From: Alphaproteobacteria bacterium
GTDB lineage: Bacteria; Pseudomonadota; Alphaproteobacteria; MPNO01; UBA830
NCBI GenBank assembly: GCA_038106605.1
Contig: JAYOEF010000005.1
Location: 1 to 58,650, forward strand
Length of the DNA stretch: 58,650 nt
Reading direction: 5' to 3'
Shown here piece after piece: positions 10,443 through 21,234 of this stretch. The translations under genes were made by a program, and so were the position numbers. Each line of letters opens with the position of its first letter. Position 1 is the stretch's first letter. The notes under the pieces were generated by a model that saw nothing but the letters and a program-made list of their open reading frames with translations, was not told the DNA's origin and did no database searches.

Positions 10443-11048
10443 ATGACGACTGTCTACGCGATCGACGGAGTGGTGCCGGTGGTTCATCCGGCCGCCTACG
10501 TCCACCCGACGGCGGTCCTTATCGGCGACGTCATCGTCGGACCCGACTGCTACATCGGCCCGTCGGCATCGCTGCGCGCGGATTTCGGCCCGATCCGCAT
10601 CGGCCGCGGCAGCAATGTCCAGGACAACTGCACGTTCCACTCCTTCGCCGGTCAGGGCACGGAAGTGGGCGAACTGTGCAATGTAGGCCACGGCGCGGTG
10701 CTCCACGGCTGCAAACTTCATGACAGGGTGCTTGTCGGCATGAACGCCGTCGTCATGGACGGCGCGGAGATCGAGAGCGACTCGCTCGTCGCCGCGCTTG
10801 CCTTCGTGCCCGCTGCGATGAAGGTGCCGGCTGGCGTAATCGCAGCCGGTACGCCCGCCAGGATCCTGCGGCCGTTGAGCGATCAGGAGAAACAGTGGAA
10901 GATCGACGGCAACCGGGACTACCTGAACCTCGCCGTCCGCTGTCGCGAGACCATGGTCGCGACCGAGGCGCTGACGGAGATCGCGTCGGATGCCTCAAGG
11001 CTCGACGTGACGGGCTCGAAGCCCCTCTACCAGACCCGGAAGGACTAA
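10443..11048 (+). CDS. Gamma-carbonic-anhydrase-like hexapeptide protein, PaaY/CaiE-like
   Basis: YAIDGVVPVVHP.AYVHPTAVLIGDV, LRADFG, QDNC.FH, GHGAVLHG; GAGGGG RBS. Confidence 0.85.
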   Translation: MTTVYAIDGVVPVVHPAAYVHPTAVLIGDVIVGPDCYIGPSASLRADFGPIRIGRGSNVQDNCTFHSFAGQGTEVGELCNVGHGAVLHGCKLHDRVLVGMNAVVMDGAEIESDSLVAALAFVPAAMKVPAGVIAAGTPARILRPLSDQEKQWKIDGNRDYLNLAVRCRETMVATEALTEIASDASRLDVTGSKPLYQTRKD

Positions 11049-11055
11049 AAAGCGC

Positions 11056-11298
11056 TTAGCTGAAGGCGTTGAAGGCGATCAGCGTGAACGTGTCGCGGAC
11101 GCCGTTGAGCTTCTGGATTTCCTGCGTGACGAAATGGCCGATGTCGGTGTCGTCGGGCAGGGCGCACTTCATCATCAGGTCGTGCTGGCCGGAAATCGAA
11201 TAGACCTCGGACACGTTCTCGACCGTGTCGATCGCCGCGGCGGCCACGTCGTAGGCCTTGCCGAGCTCGCATTTCACCATGATGAAGATCGTCTGCAT
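11056..11298 (-). CDS. Stand-alone Lrp/AsnC ligand-binding (RAM) domain protein
   Basis: 80 aa; EVYSISGQHDL, GVRDTFT; no HTH. Confidence 0.85.
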   Translation of the reverse strand: MQTIFIMVKCELGKAYDVAAAAIDTVENVSEVYSISGQHDLMMKCALPDDTDIGHFVTQEIQKLNGVRDTFTLIAFNAFS

Positions 11299-11321
11299 CG
11301 GGAAGTCTTCCAGAGGGCTGA

Positions 11322-12878
11322 TCAGCTCGCCGAACGCCGCGCCGGCTTGAGCAGGAACGCGGGCACGTGATCGCCGAGACCCACGGGCGACTCGTCGTCG
11401 TCGCGGTCCCGCCGCCGGTTGCGTCCGCGGCCCTTCTCGGACTCGCGGGCCGGCGCTTTGCCGCTGTTGCGCGGGGGATTTCCGCCGCGCGAGGCGCCGG
11501 CATGCGGGTTCTCGCTCATGTCGCGCGGAGTGCGCGTGCGCTCCCAGGGTTCCTCGGCTTTGGGCCGGGTGTCCTGTTCAGGAGCGGCGTCCATCTCGGC
11601 GGCCGGCGCCTTTTCGGGCGCAGGCGCCCGCTCGGACGACTGGCGGCGTGATGACGGCGGCTTGTCGCCGCGCTTCTGCTCGGGCTTGCCCGGCTTGGCC
11701 CCGCGGCGTCCGCGGCCACGTCCCCGGCGTCCGCCCTCCTCGAGCGAGGCGGTTTCGATCCCCTCGACCTCGACGCGCGGAATCTGGTTGCCGAGAAGCT
11801 TCTCGATCGATTCCACGAAAGCGCCGTCGGCAGGCGAAGCGAGCGTGAACGCGCTGCCCGAGCGTCCCGCGCGGCCGGTGCGGCCGATGCGGTGGATGTA
11901 ATCCTCGGAATGGATCGGAACGTCGAAATTGAAGACGAAGGGCAGGTCGTCGACGTCGAGGCCGCGCGCGGCGACGTCGCTCGCGACGAGGAGGCCAATT
12001 TCGCCCCGCTTGAAGCGCTCCAGCGTCTCGTTGCGCGTCGACTGGTCCATGTCGCCGTGGAGGCGGCCGGCGTTGAAGCCGTGCTTGGCGAGCGACTTGT
12101 AGAGGATGTCGACGTCGCGTTTGCGGTTGCAGAAGATGATCGCCGACGCGACGTTCTCCTTTTTCAGGATGCGTCGTAGCGCCTCGCGCTTGTCCATCTC
12201 GTCGACGATGGCGAGGCCCTGGGTCACCGTTTCCGCGGCAGGCCGCGACTGCGGCGCGACGGTGATTTCCTTCGGGTTCGACAGGAACTTGTCGGACAGG
12301 CGCCGGATCTCGGGCGGCATGGTCGCCGAGAAGAACAGCGTCTGGCGGATCCGCGGCAGCAGCGAGACGATGCGCTCGACGTCCGGGATGAAGCCCATGT
12401 CGAGCATGCGGTCCGCTTCGTCGATGACGAGGATCTTGATGTCGTTGAGGAGGATGCGGCCGCGCTCGAAATGGTCGAGGAGGCGGCCTGGCGTCGCGAT
12501 CAGCACGTCGACGCCGCGATCCAGCTTCTTCGTCTGCTCGTCCATCGATACGCCGCCGATCAGCAGCGCCATCGTCAGCTTGCAGTACTTGCCGTAGATC
12601 TCGAAGTTCTCGGAGATCTGCGCCGCGAGCTCGCGCGTCGGCGTCAGGATCAGCGAGCGCGGCATGCGCGCTTTCGCGCGCCCGCTCGACAGGATGTCGA
12701 TCATCGGCAGGGTGAAGGAGGCGGTCTTGCCGGTTCCCGTCTGGGCGCAACCGAGCACGTCCCGCGTCATCAGGACGTATGGGATCGCTTCGCGCTGGAT
12801 CGGCGTCGGCTCAACGTAGCCGGCGTCGGCAATGGCATTAAGGACTTCCGGGCTGAGCCCGAGATCTGAAAAACTCAT
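11322..12878 (-). CDS. DEAD-box RNA helicase (RhlE-like) with a basic disordered C-terminal tail
   Basis: Q motif, AQTGTGKT, PTRELA, DEAD, SAT, ARGLD, HRIGRTGR; start MSFSDLGL. Confidence 0.95.
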   Translation of the reverse strand: MSFSDLGLSPEVLNAIADAGYVEPTPIQREAIPYVLMTRDVLGCAQTGTGKTASFTLPMIDILSSGRAKARMPRSLILTPTRELAAQISENFEIYGKYCKLTMALLIGGVSMDEQTKKLDRGVDVLIATPGRLLDHFERGRILLNDIKILVIDEADRMLDMGFIPDVERIVSLLPRIRQTLFFSATMPPEIRRLSDKFLSNPKEITVAPQSRPAAETVTQGLAIVDEMDKREALRRILKKENVASAIIFCNRKRDVDILYKSLAKHGFNAGRLHGDMDQSTRNETLERFKRGEIGLLVASDVAARGLDVDDLPFVFNFDVPIHSEDYIHRIGRTGRAGRSGSAFTLASPADGAFVESIEKLLGNQIPRVEVEGIETASLEEGGRRGRGRGRRGAKPGKPEQKRGDKPPSSRRQSSERAPAPEKAPAAEMDAAPEQDTRPKAEEPWERTRTPRDMSENPHAGASRGGNPPRNSGKAPARESEKGRGRNRRRDRDDDESPVGLGDHVPAFLLKPARRSAS

Positions 12879-13006
12879 ACTCTCATGCAAGAAGGTGATA
12901 AAACGGGGCTGCGACGACCTGATGTGATCTAGCCGCGAACCCTTATAAGTCAATCAGATATAGCATTATCCCGGAAACAATAAAAGAAATAGGAAACAGC
13001 CCGGCG

Positions 13007-13549
13007 ATGTTAATGAATGCGGCTAGCTCCGCCCTGATGATTGTCGACGTCCAGCACCGGCTGCTGAACGCCATGGACGCGCCGCGCCAGGTGGTCGGCG
13101 GGTGCACGCTTATGATGAAGGCGGCCGGCGTCCTCGGCGTCCCCATGGTCGTCACCGAGCAGTATCCGGAGGGCCTCGGGCCCACGATCGAGCCGCTGGC
13201 CGAACTCGCGCCCGAAGACGCGTTCTTCAGCAAGCTCCACTTCTCGAGCGCAAAAAATCCCGGAATCCGGGGAAAAATAGAGACCATCGCCCCCGAGCAG
13301 ATCGTCATCGCCGGCATCGAGGCCCATGTCTGCGTGCTTCAGACCGCCATCGGCTTCAAGGAGGCGGGATACAGCTGCTTCGTCGCCGCCGACGCCACGT
13401 CGTCCCGCTCGCCCGCCAACCATGCCGCCGCCATGGCCCGGCTCCGGGAGGCCGGGATCGGCATCGTGAGCTCGGAAATGGTCGTTTTCGAATGGCTGGA
13501 GAAGGCCGGAACCCCGCAATTCAAGGAACTGAGCAGGCTGCTGAAATGA
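13007..13549 (+). CDS. Isochorismatase-family hydrolase (YcaC/ISOC-like)
   Basis: VDVQ, TEQYPEGLG.T, K..FS, GIEAHVCVLQT. Confidence 0.9.
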   Translation: MLMNAASSALMIVDVQHRLLNAMDAPRQVVGGCTLMMKAAGVLGVPMVVTEQYPEGLGPTIEPLAELAPEDAFFSKLHFSSAKNPGIRGKIETIAPEQIVIAGIEAHVCVLQTAIGFKEAGYSCFVAADATSSRSPANHAAAMARLREAGIGIVSSEMVVFEWLEKAGTPQFKELSRLLK

Positions 13550-14247
13550 CCGCCAGAACGAATCTCCTCCTGCTGCCCGGACTGCTGTGCGACCCCAGGC
13601 TTTGGGGGGCGCAGGCCGAAGGTCTGTCGGATATCGCCGACGTGACGATCGCCGACATGACGAAGGACGACTCGATCGCCGGGATGGTACGGCGCGCGCT
13701 GGACCGGGCGCCGGACCGTTTCGCGCTCGCCGGTCTCTCCATGGGGGGCTATGCGGCGCTCGAGGCGATGCGCCAGGCGCCGGAGCGGGTCGAGCGCCTC
13801 GCGCTCCTCGACACCGGCGCGCGCGCCGACACGCCGGAGCAGACGACGCGGCGGAAGGACCTGATCTCCCTTGCGAACCGGGGCGAGTTCAAGGCAGTCA
13901 GCCCGCGGCTGCTGCCCCTTTTCATCCACGAGGACCGGCTGTCGGACACGGCGCTCGTCGCCGAGATCGCCGCCATGGCGGACGCCGTCGGCAAGGAGGC
14001 GTTCCTGCGCCAGCAGACGGCGATCATGGGGCGGCCGGACAGCCGTCCGGGGCTCGGCGCGATCGAGTGCCCGACCGTCGTGGTCTGCGGCCGCGAGGAC
14101 CGACTCACGCCATTGGAGCTGAGCGAGGAGATCGTCTCGCTGATCCCGCACGCGACGCTCGAGATCGTCGAGAACTGCGGCCACCTGTCGACCATGGAGC
14201 GGCCCGACGAAGTGAACGCGATCCTCCGCGCCTGGCTCGCCGCCTGA
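13546..14247 (+). CDS. Alpha/beta-fold hydrolase
   Basis: PGLLCD, GLSMGG nucleophile elbow, GRED, CGH; ATGA overlap. Confidence 0.9.
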   Translation: MTARTNLLLLPGLLCDPRLWGAQAEGLSDIADVTIADMTKDDSIAGMVRRALDRAPDRFALAGLSMGGYAALEAMRQAPERVERLALLDTGARADTPEQTTRRKDLISLANRGEFKAVSPRLLPLFIHEDRLSDTALVAEIAAMADAVGKEAFLRQQTAIMGRPDSRPGLGAIECPTVVVCGREDRLTPLELSEEIVSLIPHATLEIVENCGHLSTMERPDEVNAILRAWLAA

Positions 14248-14265
14248 TCTGTTTCGTCGCCCGGC

Positions 14266-14754
14266 TTACTTCGTCGCTTCCAGGGCGATCTTCGCGAAGA
14301 TCCCGTCGAGCTCCTTGGCCATCTCGTCGAGCGCCGCGCTTCCATAGGGTTTGAAGACGCCGGATGGCGTGCGGTAGGTCAGTGTGGCCTTTCCCGTCCG
14401 CGCGTCCTCGGTGACGTAGAGCCGGAGCGGCGCCTCGATGCCCGAGGGCACGCTCGCCTTCAGCATGCGCACCGCGAAGTCCGGCCGGAAGACCATGATC
14501 ACCATGTTGCCCGGGATGTCGACGCCGATGCTCTTGGCGCCGACGGTCGCGCTCGCGCGCGCGACGATGCCCATGCGGTTCGCCTCGACGGCCGCGTTCA
14601 CGCGCTTCACCAGCTCGCCGTAGGAATGCGCCGTCGGCAGGACGCGCGTATCGGGGTAGGGCGCGGGGTTTTCCGCACGGATCGGCGCCGCGGCCGTGAG
14701 CGCGATGAGGAAGCCTGCGGCGGCGGGGCGCAGAGCGTGCGATAGTCTGACCAT
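14266..14754 (-). CDS. Exported DUF302-domain protein
   Basis: Signal peptide; GIEAPLRLYVTE, YRTPS..F..Y; GGAG RBS. Confidence 0.8.
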   Translation of the reverse strand: MVRLSHALRPAAAGFLIALTAAAPIRAENPAPYPDTRVLPTAHSYGELVKRVNAAVEANRMGIVARASATVGAKSIGVDIPGNMVIMVFRPDFAVRMLKASVPSGIEAPLRLYVTEDARTGKATLTYRTPSGVFKPYGSAALDEMAKELDGIFAKIALEATK

Positions 14755-14841
14755 GTCCGTTGTCCTCTCCGGCATCGTGAATGCGGCAAGGGTAACGGGC
14801 GGCCTCCGGGGAACAACACAACTCCCCGTGAGTTTTCGTGA

Positions 14842-14913
14842 TCAGGCGTTGGGCTCGTCGACGGGTTCAGGCGTCGATGCAGTCGCCGCGACGCTCAAGC
14901 GTCGATGTAATCG
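14842..14913. repeat. Degenerate tandem duplication of the parE 3' end
   Basis: TCAGGCGTCGATGCAGTCG (14867-14885) matches TCAAGCGTCGATGTAATCG (14895-14913) at 16/19; weaker third copy TCAGGCGT at 14842. Confidence 0.5.
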
Positions 14914-16907
14914 ACCGTCTCGGCGTTATCCTGGATGAACTTCAGGCGTTCTTCGGGCTTCCGGCCCATCAGGCGCTCGACGAGATCCGCCGTCGTGCCG
15001 GACTTCGCCTTCTTGGTGCGGCTCGGCTTATGGGCGGATGCCGCCATCTCGTCCTCGGGCAGCACGACCTTGGCGAGGACGCGGGTCGCCGGGTTCATCG
15101 TGGTTTCCTTGAGCTGGATCGGCGGCATCTCGCCGAGGCCCTTGAAGCGGCTGATCTCGACATTGCCGCGACCGGTGAAGACGGTCTTCATCAGCACGTC
15201 CTTGTGCGCGTCGTCGCGGGCGTACTGGACGACGCCGCCCTGGGCGATGCGGTAGAGCGGCGGCATCGCGAGATAGAGGTTCCCGTCGGCGACGAGCTGC
15301 GGCATCTCGCGGAAGAAGAACGTCATCAGCAGCGAGGCGATGTGGGCGCCGTCGACGTCGGCGTCCGTCATAATGATGACCCGCTCGTAACGCAGCTTCG
15401 AGGCGTCGTAGCTCGCGCCGTAGCCGCAGCCGAGCGCCTGGATCAGGTCGGTGATTTCCTGGTTGGCGCGAAGCTTGTCCTCGCTCGCGCTCGCGACGTT
15501 GAGGATCTTGCCCCGGAGAGGCAGGATCGCCTGCGTCTTGCGGTCGCGCGCCTGCTTGGCGGAGCCGCCGGCGGAATCGCCCTCGACGAGGAAGATCTCG
15601 GTGCCGGCCGCGGACTCGGCGGCACAGTCGGCGAGCTTGCCGGGCAGCCTCACTCTACGTGTGGGCGTCTTCCGCGCGAACTCGCGGTCCTTGCGGCGCT
15701 GCAGGCGTTCCTCGGCGCGTTCGAGCACGTGTTCGAGCAGCGCGTTCGCCGCTTGCGGATTCCCTGTCAGGAAGTGATCGAAATGGTCCTTCACCGAGGT
15801 CTCGACGAGGCGCGCGACGCCGGGCGAGGAGAGCTTCTCCTTGGTCTGGCCCTGGAACTCGGGATTGGACACGAACACGGAGAGGATGGCGACGCAACCG
15901 TTCGCCACGTCGTCGCTCGTGACGATCGAGGCGCGCTTGTTGCCGGTCATCTCGGCGTAGGACTTGAGACCGCGGGCGAGGGCGGAGCGGAATCCGCTCT
16001 CGTGCGTGCCGCCTTCCGGCGTCGGCACCGTGTTGCAGTAGGAGATGACGGAGGTGTCGCCGAGATCGGTCCACGAGATCGCCCACTCGGCGCGGCCCGA
16101 GCCGCCGTTGAGGTCGGCCTCGCCGGCGAACGGGATGCCGGTGACCGTCTCCCGGCCTTCGAGCGTGGTGTCGAGATAGTCGGCGAGCCCGCCCGGGAAG
16201 TGGAGCGTCGCCTTCTCGGGGATCTCGTCCTTGCCGCGAAGGAGCGCGGGCGCGCAGGACCAGCGGATCTCGACGCCCTTGAACAGGTAGGCCTTCGCCT
16301 TCGCCATGGTGTAGAGCGTGGCGGGGCGGAATTTCGCATTGTCGCCGAAGATCTCGGGATCGGGATGGAAGGAGATCGAGGTGCCGCGGCGGTTGGCGAC
16401 GCTGCCCGCGTTCTTGATCTTGCCCTTGGGCTTGCCGCGGACGTAGGTCTGCGTCCACAGCGTGCGGTCGCGCGCGACCTCGACGCGGAGCTCGGAGGAG
16501 AGCGCGTTGACGACCGAAAGGCCGACGCCGTGGAGGCCGCCCGACGTCTTGTACGCATCGCCGCCGAACTTGCCGCCGGAATGCAGCGTCGTCAGCACGA
16601 CTTCGAGGGCGGACTTGTCCTTGAACTTCGGGTGCGGATCGACCGGGATGCCGCGGCCGTTGTCGGCCACCGTCACGTAGCCGTCTTCCGACAGCGAGAA
16701 TTCGATCCAGTTGGCGTGGCCGGCGACGGCCTCGTCCATCGAGTTGTCGAGAATTTCGGCGGCGAGGTGGTGCAGGGCGCGCTCGTCGGTGCCGCCGATA
16801 TACATGCCGGGGCGCTTGCGGACGGGTTCGAGACCCTCGAGGACCTCGATGTCCTTCGCCGAATACTGCTTCTTCTTCGATCCGGGATTTTCGAACAGGT
16901 CTGACAT
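14895..16907 (-). CDS. parE: DNA topoisomerase IV subunit B
   Basis: [62 protein letters not shown]; no GyrB-type large insertion. Confidence 0.93.
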   Translation of the reverse strand: MSDLFENPGSKKKQYSAKDIEVLEGLEPVRKRPGMYIGGTDERALHHLAAEILDNSMDEAVAGHANWIEFSLSEDGYVTVADNGRGIPVDPHPKFKDKSALEVVLTTLHSGGKFGGDAYKTSGGLHGVGLSVVNALSSELRVEVARDRTLWTQTYVRGKPKGKIKNAGSVANRRGTSISFHPDPEIFGDNAKFRPATLYTMAKAKAYLFKGVEIRWSCAPALLRGKDEIPEKATLHFPGGLADYLDTTLEGRETVTGIPFAGEADLNGGSGRAEWAISWTDLGDTSVISYCNTVPTPEGGTHESGFRSALARGLKSYAEMTGNKRASIVTSDDVANGCVAILSVFVSNPEFQGQTKEKLSSPGVARLVETSVKDHFDHFLTGNPQAANALLEHVLERAEERLQRRKDREFARKTPTRRVRLPGKLADCAAESAAGTEIFLVEGDSAGGSAKQARDRKTQAILPLRGKILNVASASEDKLRANQEITDLIQALGCGYGASYDASKLRYERVIIMTDADVDGAHIASLLMTFFFREMPQLVADGNLYLAMPPLYRIAQGGVVQYARDDAHKDVLMKTVFTGRGNVEISRFKGLGEMPPIQLKETTMNPATRVLAKVVLPEDEMAASAHKPSRTKKAKSGTTADLVERLMGRKPEERLKFIQDNAETVDYIDA

Positions 16908-17017
16908 GACGCCCTATATAACCGCTGCACGCCCCGTCCAGAAGCTCCGGACGTCCGTTAACATGCTACCCGATGGAGTGTTGGCGGATACTATAACCGC
17001 GATATATTGTTGAAAAC

Positions 17018-17419
17018 ATGACGGAAAGCGCATCCATGGCGAATCGCCCGCCGGACATCGATCCGGCCATCCGGACCATTGCGATGCCGGCCGACGCCAA
17101 CGGCAACGGCGACATCTTCGGCGGCTGGATCATGTCGCAGATGGACCTCGCGGGCGGCAACGTCGCCTCGATCCGGGCGCGCAGCCGCGTTGTGACGGTG
17201 GGCGTGAAGGAGATCGCGTTTCACGTTCCCGTCGCGGTCGGCGACGTCGTGACCTGTTTCGCGCGGGTCACGCGGGTCGGCCGGACCTCGATCACCACCG
17301 ATGTCGAGGTCTGGGTGCGGCGGCGGAACGAGGCGACCGAGCTCAAGGTGACCGAGGGCGAATTCACGTACGTGGCGATCGACGAGCGCGGCCGGCCGGT
17401 CGCGGTTGCAGCGGCATGA
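17018..17419 (+). CDS. Acyl-CoA thioesterase (YciA-like hotdog fold)
   Basis: MPADANGNGDIFGGWIMSQMD, VGRTSI, FTYVAID; alternative start at 17036. Confidence 0.92.
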   Translation: MTESASMANRPPDIDPAIRTIAMPADANGNGDIFGGWIMSQMDLAGGNVASIRARSRVVTVGVKEIAFHVPVAVGDVVTCFARVTRVGRTSITTDVEVWVRRRNEATELKVTEGEFTYVAIDERGRPVAVAAA

Positions 17420-17850
17420 GGGGGAAGGGGACATCGGCGTCGGTGCTGTTGCGGCGGCTCGCTGCGTCTGGCGTCGCGCTGCTGTTCCTTGCCGGCATGC
17501 ACGTTCCTTCCGCGTCTGCGAACGAACCGCGTATCGTCAATGCCCGCGTCGTGAAGATCGGTAAGGAAAGCTACATCTTCGAGGTCACGGTCGCACACGC
17601 CGACGACAGCTGGGAGCACTATCTCGACAAGTGGGAGGTCGTCGGTCCCGGCGGCAAGATCCTCGGGACGCGGGTTCTCTTCCATCCCCATATCGGCGAA
17701 ACCCATTTCACCCGGGCGATCCGCGGCTTCGTCGTTCCGGAGGGCGTGGAGCACGTGATCATACGGGTTCATGACAAGGTCCATGGCTACGGGCCGGAGA
17801 AGCTCGTCGCCATGCCGACGGACGCGAATCCCGACACAGGCTGGAAATGA
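17416..17850 (+). CDS. Exported His-rich hypothetical protein
   Basis: Signal peptide (..SASA); HADDSWEHY, LFHPH, HDKVHG; ATGA overlap with the thioesterase. Confidence 0.75.
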   Translation: MRGKGTSASVLLRRLAASGVALLFLAGMHVPSASANEPRIVNARVVKIGKESYIFEVTVAHADDSWEHYLDKWEVVGPGGKILGTRVLFHPHIGETHFTRAIRGFVVPEGVEHVIIRVHDKVHGYGPEKLVAMPTDANPDTGWK

Positions 17851-17895
17851 ACTTTGCGCGATAGCAGTCCGGAATGGGGATAATTTCATTAAGAG

Positions 17896-17914
17896 AATGC
17901 GAATGACCCGCAAT
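17896..17914. promoter_or_regulatory. Putative alphaproteobacterial Fur box
   Basis: AATGCGAATGACCCGCAAT, a 19-bp 9-1-9-type near-palindrome resembling AWTGCGAATnATTCGCAWT, in an AT-rich patch. Confidence 0.55.
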
Positions 17915-17997
17915 TGCATTGACGTCGCGACGCAGCTTTCGTATCGTCCGGAGCAGGGGCGAACATCGCCCCGGCGGAAAACGACGCGGAGAAAACG

Positions 17998-18528
17998 GTG
18001 CAGGGACGGGATTTCCGTTTCGACGGACTCGAGGGCGCGGAGGGCGCATGCGGCAAGGGCCTGCGGTTCAGCGAGCGGTTCGTCATCTGGGGCGTCCGCG
18101 TCTGGGCGCAGTCGCAGGCGCAGAGCAGCGGCACCGCCCATTATCATTGCGCCACGCTCCGCCGCGCGTTCGACCTCGCCGGCATCGGCGAGGCCCATCT
18201 CGTCTTCGACCGGCTGATGACGGCAATCCAGGCGCACAGCGTTCGCGACATCGGGCTTCACGCGCCGCGGTGCCGGTCGGTCTCGCCGGACGAGCTTTCC
18301 ATCCTCGGGATCGTTGCCGAGGGGCAGGCAGGTGTGGTGTCCGATGCCTTGATGTCCAAGCTGATTGTCGCCGAAGGACGGGACGAGGTCGGCCGGGCGG
18401 CGCAGCAGCTCGCGTTCCTGCTGGCGCGGCGCGGCATGTATGTGCGCGCGCTTTCGCCGGTCCAGGGAAACGCACCGGACGGGCGGATGGCGCAGGCTGA
18501 GGCGGGCGAGACGCGCCTCCTGCACTGA
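17998..18528 (+). CDS. Hypothetical protein, possibly iron-regulated
   Basis: GGAG RBS + GTG; fills the gap before the glnA terminator; ERFVIWGVRVW and C-x3-SPDE segments. Confidence 0.7.
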   Translation: MQGRDFRFDGLEGAEGACGKGLRFSERFVIWGVRVWAQSQAQSSGTAHYHCATLRRAFDLAGIGEAHLVFDRLMTAIQAHSVRDIGLHAPRCRSVSPDELSILGIVAEGQAGVVSDALMSKLIVAEGRDEVGRAAQQLAFLLARRGMYVRALSPVQGNAPDGRMAQAEAGETRLLH

Positions 18529-18555
18529 CGCCAGGAAGCGCGCTTTCCGCGAAAG

Positions 18556-18584
18556 AAAAAAGGCCGCCCCGGAGGGCGGCCTTT
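18556..18584. terminator. Intrinsic terminator of glnA, probably bidirectional
   Basis: AAAAAA-GGCCGCCC-cgga-GGGCGGCC-TTT. Confidence 0.85.
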
Positions 18585-18610
18585 CCCGTTGGCCCGAAAG
18601 CCGGTCGAAA

Positions 18611-20023
18611 TCAGCAGCTGTAGTACATCTGGAATTCGATCGGGTGCGGCGCATGCTCGAAGGCATAGACCTCCTGCCACTTGAGCTCGAGGTAACCGTC
18701 GATCAGATCGTCCGGGAACACGTCGCCCTTCGTGAGGAACGCACGGTCGGCGTCGAGCGCGTTCAGCGCCTCGCGCAGGCTGTGGCAGACGGTCGGGATG
18801 TCCTTAAGCTCCTCGGGCGGCAGATCGTACAGGTTCTTGTCCATCGGATCGCCGGGGTGGATCTTGTTCTGGATGCCGTCGATGCCGGCCATCAGCATCG
18901 CCGCGAAACCGAAGTAGGGGTTGGACGTCGGGTCCGGGAAGCGGACTTCGACGCGCTTGCCCTTCGGCGAGGTGGCGTGCGGGATACGGCAGGAGGCCGA
19001 GCGGTTGCGCGCGGAGTAGGCGAGCAGGACCGGGGCTTCGAAGCCGGGGATCAGGCGCTTGTAGCTGTTGGTCGAGGCGTTGGTGAAGGCGTTGATGGCC
19101 TTGGCATGCTTGATGATGCCGCCGATGTAGTAGAGCGCCATCTCCGACAGGTCGGCGTAGCTCGACCCCGCGAAAAGCGGCTTTCCGTCCTTCCAGATCG
19201 ACTGGTGGACGTGCATGCCCGAACCGTTGTCGCCGTAGATCGGCTTCGGCATGAAGGTCGCCGTCTTGCCGTAGGAGTGCGCGACGTTGTGGACGCAGTA
19301 CTTGTAGATCTGCACCCAGTCGGCGACCTTGAGCATCTCCGAACCGCGGATGCCCAGCTCCTGCTGGCTCGCGGCGACTTCATGGTGATGCTTCTCGACC
19401 GAGACGCCCATGTCTTCCATGACGGTGAGCATTTCGGCGCGGAGATCGGTCATCGAGTCGACCGGCGGGACGGGGAAGTAGCCGCCCTTGATGCCCGGAC
19501 GGTGACCGGTGTTGCCACCCTCGAGCTCGGCGCCCGAGTTATAGGGGCCTTCCTCTTCGTTCAGCATGAACATCGACTTGTTCATGCTGACTTCGAAGCG
19601 CACGTCGTCGAACACGAAGAACTCGAGTTCGGGGCCGAAGAACGCCATGTCGCCCAGGCCGCTCTGCGCCAGGTAGGCCTCGGCGCGCTTCGCGGTCGAG
19701 CGCGGGTCGCGGCTGTAGGGCTGTCCGGTGGAGGGCTCGATGACGTCGCAGAAGATGATCAGCTGTTCCTGGGCGGCGAACGGATCCATGACGGCCGTCG
19801 TGCAGTCCGGCATCAGCGTCATGTCAGATTCGTTGATTTCCTTCCAGCCCGCGATCGAGGAGCCGTCGAACATGAGGCCTTCGGTCAGCATGTCCTCGTC
19901 GACGGTGCAGATGTGCTGCGCCGTGTGGTGCCACTTGCCGCGGGGATCCGTGAACCGGAAGTCCACGTATTTGACGTTCTTTTCCTCAATCATCTTGAGG
20001 ACATTCTTAACTGCGTCCGCCAT
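18611..20023 (-). CDS. glnA: Glutamine synthetase type I
   Basis: [43 protein letters not shown], adenylylation site NLYDLP. Confidence 0.98.
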   Translation of the reverse strand: MADAVKNVLKMIEEKNVKYVDFRFTDPRGKWHHTAQHICTVDEDMLTEGLMFDGSSIAGWKEINESDMTLMPDCTTAVMDPFAAQEQLIIFCDVIEPSTGQPYSRDPRSTAKRAEAYLAQSGLGDMAFFGPELEFFVFDDVRFEVSMNKSMFMLNEEEGPYNSGAELEGGNTGHRPGIKGGYFPVPPVDSMTDLRAEMLTVMEDMGVSVEKHHHEVAASQQELGIRGSEMLKVADWVQIYKYCVHNVAHSYGKTATFMPKPIYGDNGSGMHVHQSIWKDGKPLFAGSSYADLSEMALYYIGGIIKHAKAINAFTNASTNSYKRLIPGFEAPVLLAYSARNRSASCRIPHATSPKGKRVEVRFPDPTSNPYFGFAAMLMAGIDGIQNKIHPGDPMDKNLYDLPPEELKDIPTVCHSLREALNALDADRAFLTKGDVFPDDLIDGYLELKWQEVYAFEHAPHPIEFQMYYSC

Positions 20024-20154
20024 CTCTGATTTCCTTTCTGTGACGTGCGTGTGCTGTTTTGTTCATCGGGCGTGCCGATGGTCCCGGGAGTCCAGGTTGT
20101 CGGGGCTGCCCTGAGGTGCGACGACCTCGGGAGGGGTGGCCGTTTGGGCCGGCC

Positions 20155-20686
<532 letters not shown>

Positions 20687-20770
20687 TGCTATATGTTTTC
20701 GGTAGAAATTACAGCGCAATACAGCCTAAAGTTTACCGGGGCGGCCGACATGGGACTAGGAGATGTCATC

Positions 20771-21202
20771 ATGCAGGTATCATCCATTCTTCGTGAAAAG
20801 GGAGACACGGTCTACACGATCGTGCCCGAGGCCAAGGTCTCGACGGCGGTTGCGCGCCTTCGCGAACTCGGGATCGGCGCGCTCGTCGTCTCCCGCAACG
20901 GCGTGACGGTGGAAGGCATCGTTTCGGAACGCGACATCGTGCAGGGCCTGGCGGAGCAGGGGGGCGACCTTCTCAACTCCCCGGTCGCCTGGATCATGAC
21001 CGCGCGCGTTCTGTCCTGCCGCCGCACGGACAGCGTCGCCGACATCACGGCCAACATGACGCGGCATCGCATCCGCCACGTACCGGTGATCGAGAACGAC
21101 CGGCTCGCCGGCATGATCAGCATCGGCGACGTGGTGAAGAACCGTCTCGACGAGGTCAGTCACGAGGCCGCGGCGCTCCGCGACTACATCGCGCACACCT
21201 GA
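20771..21202 (+). CDS. CBS-domain pair protein
   Basis: MQVSSILREKG, IGALVV, GIVSERD, RIRHVPV, GMISIGDVVK. Confidence 0.92.
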   Translation: MQVSSILREKGDTVYTIVPEAKVSTAVARLRELGIGALVVSRNGVTVEGIVSERDIVQGLAEQGGDLLNSPVAWIMTARVLSCRRTDSVADITANMTRHRIRHVPVIENDRLAGMISIGDVVKNRLDEVSHEAAALRDYIAHT

Positions 21203-21234
21203 ACGAAGCCTGTCCCGGAACGAGGCGGCGGCGT

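Noticed and set aside
14895-16907. gyrB
   Set aside because: 670 aa without the proteobacterial GyrB insertion; EPVRK and DNSMDE favour ParE
20061-20085. Internal sigma54 promoter for glnA (CGGCACG on the minus strand)
   Set aside because: No TGC at -12; better explained as the hairpin CATCGG-N5-CCGATG
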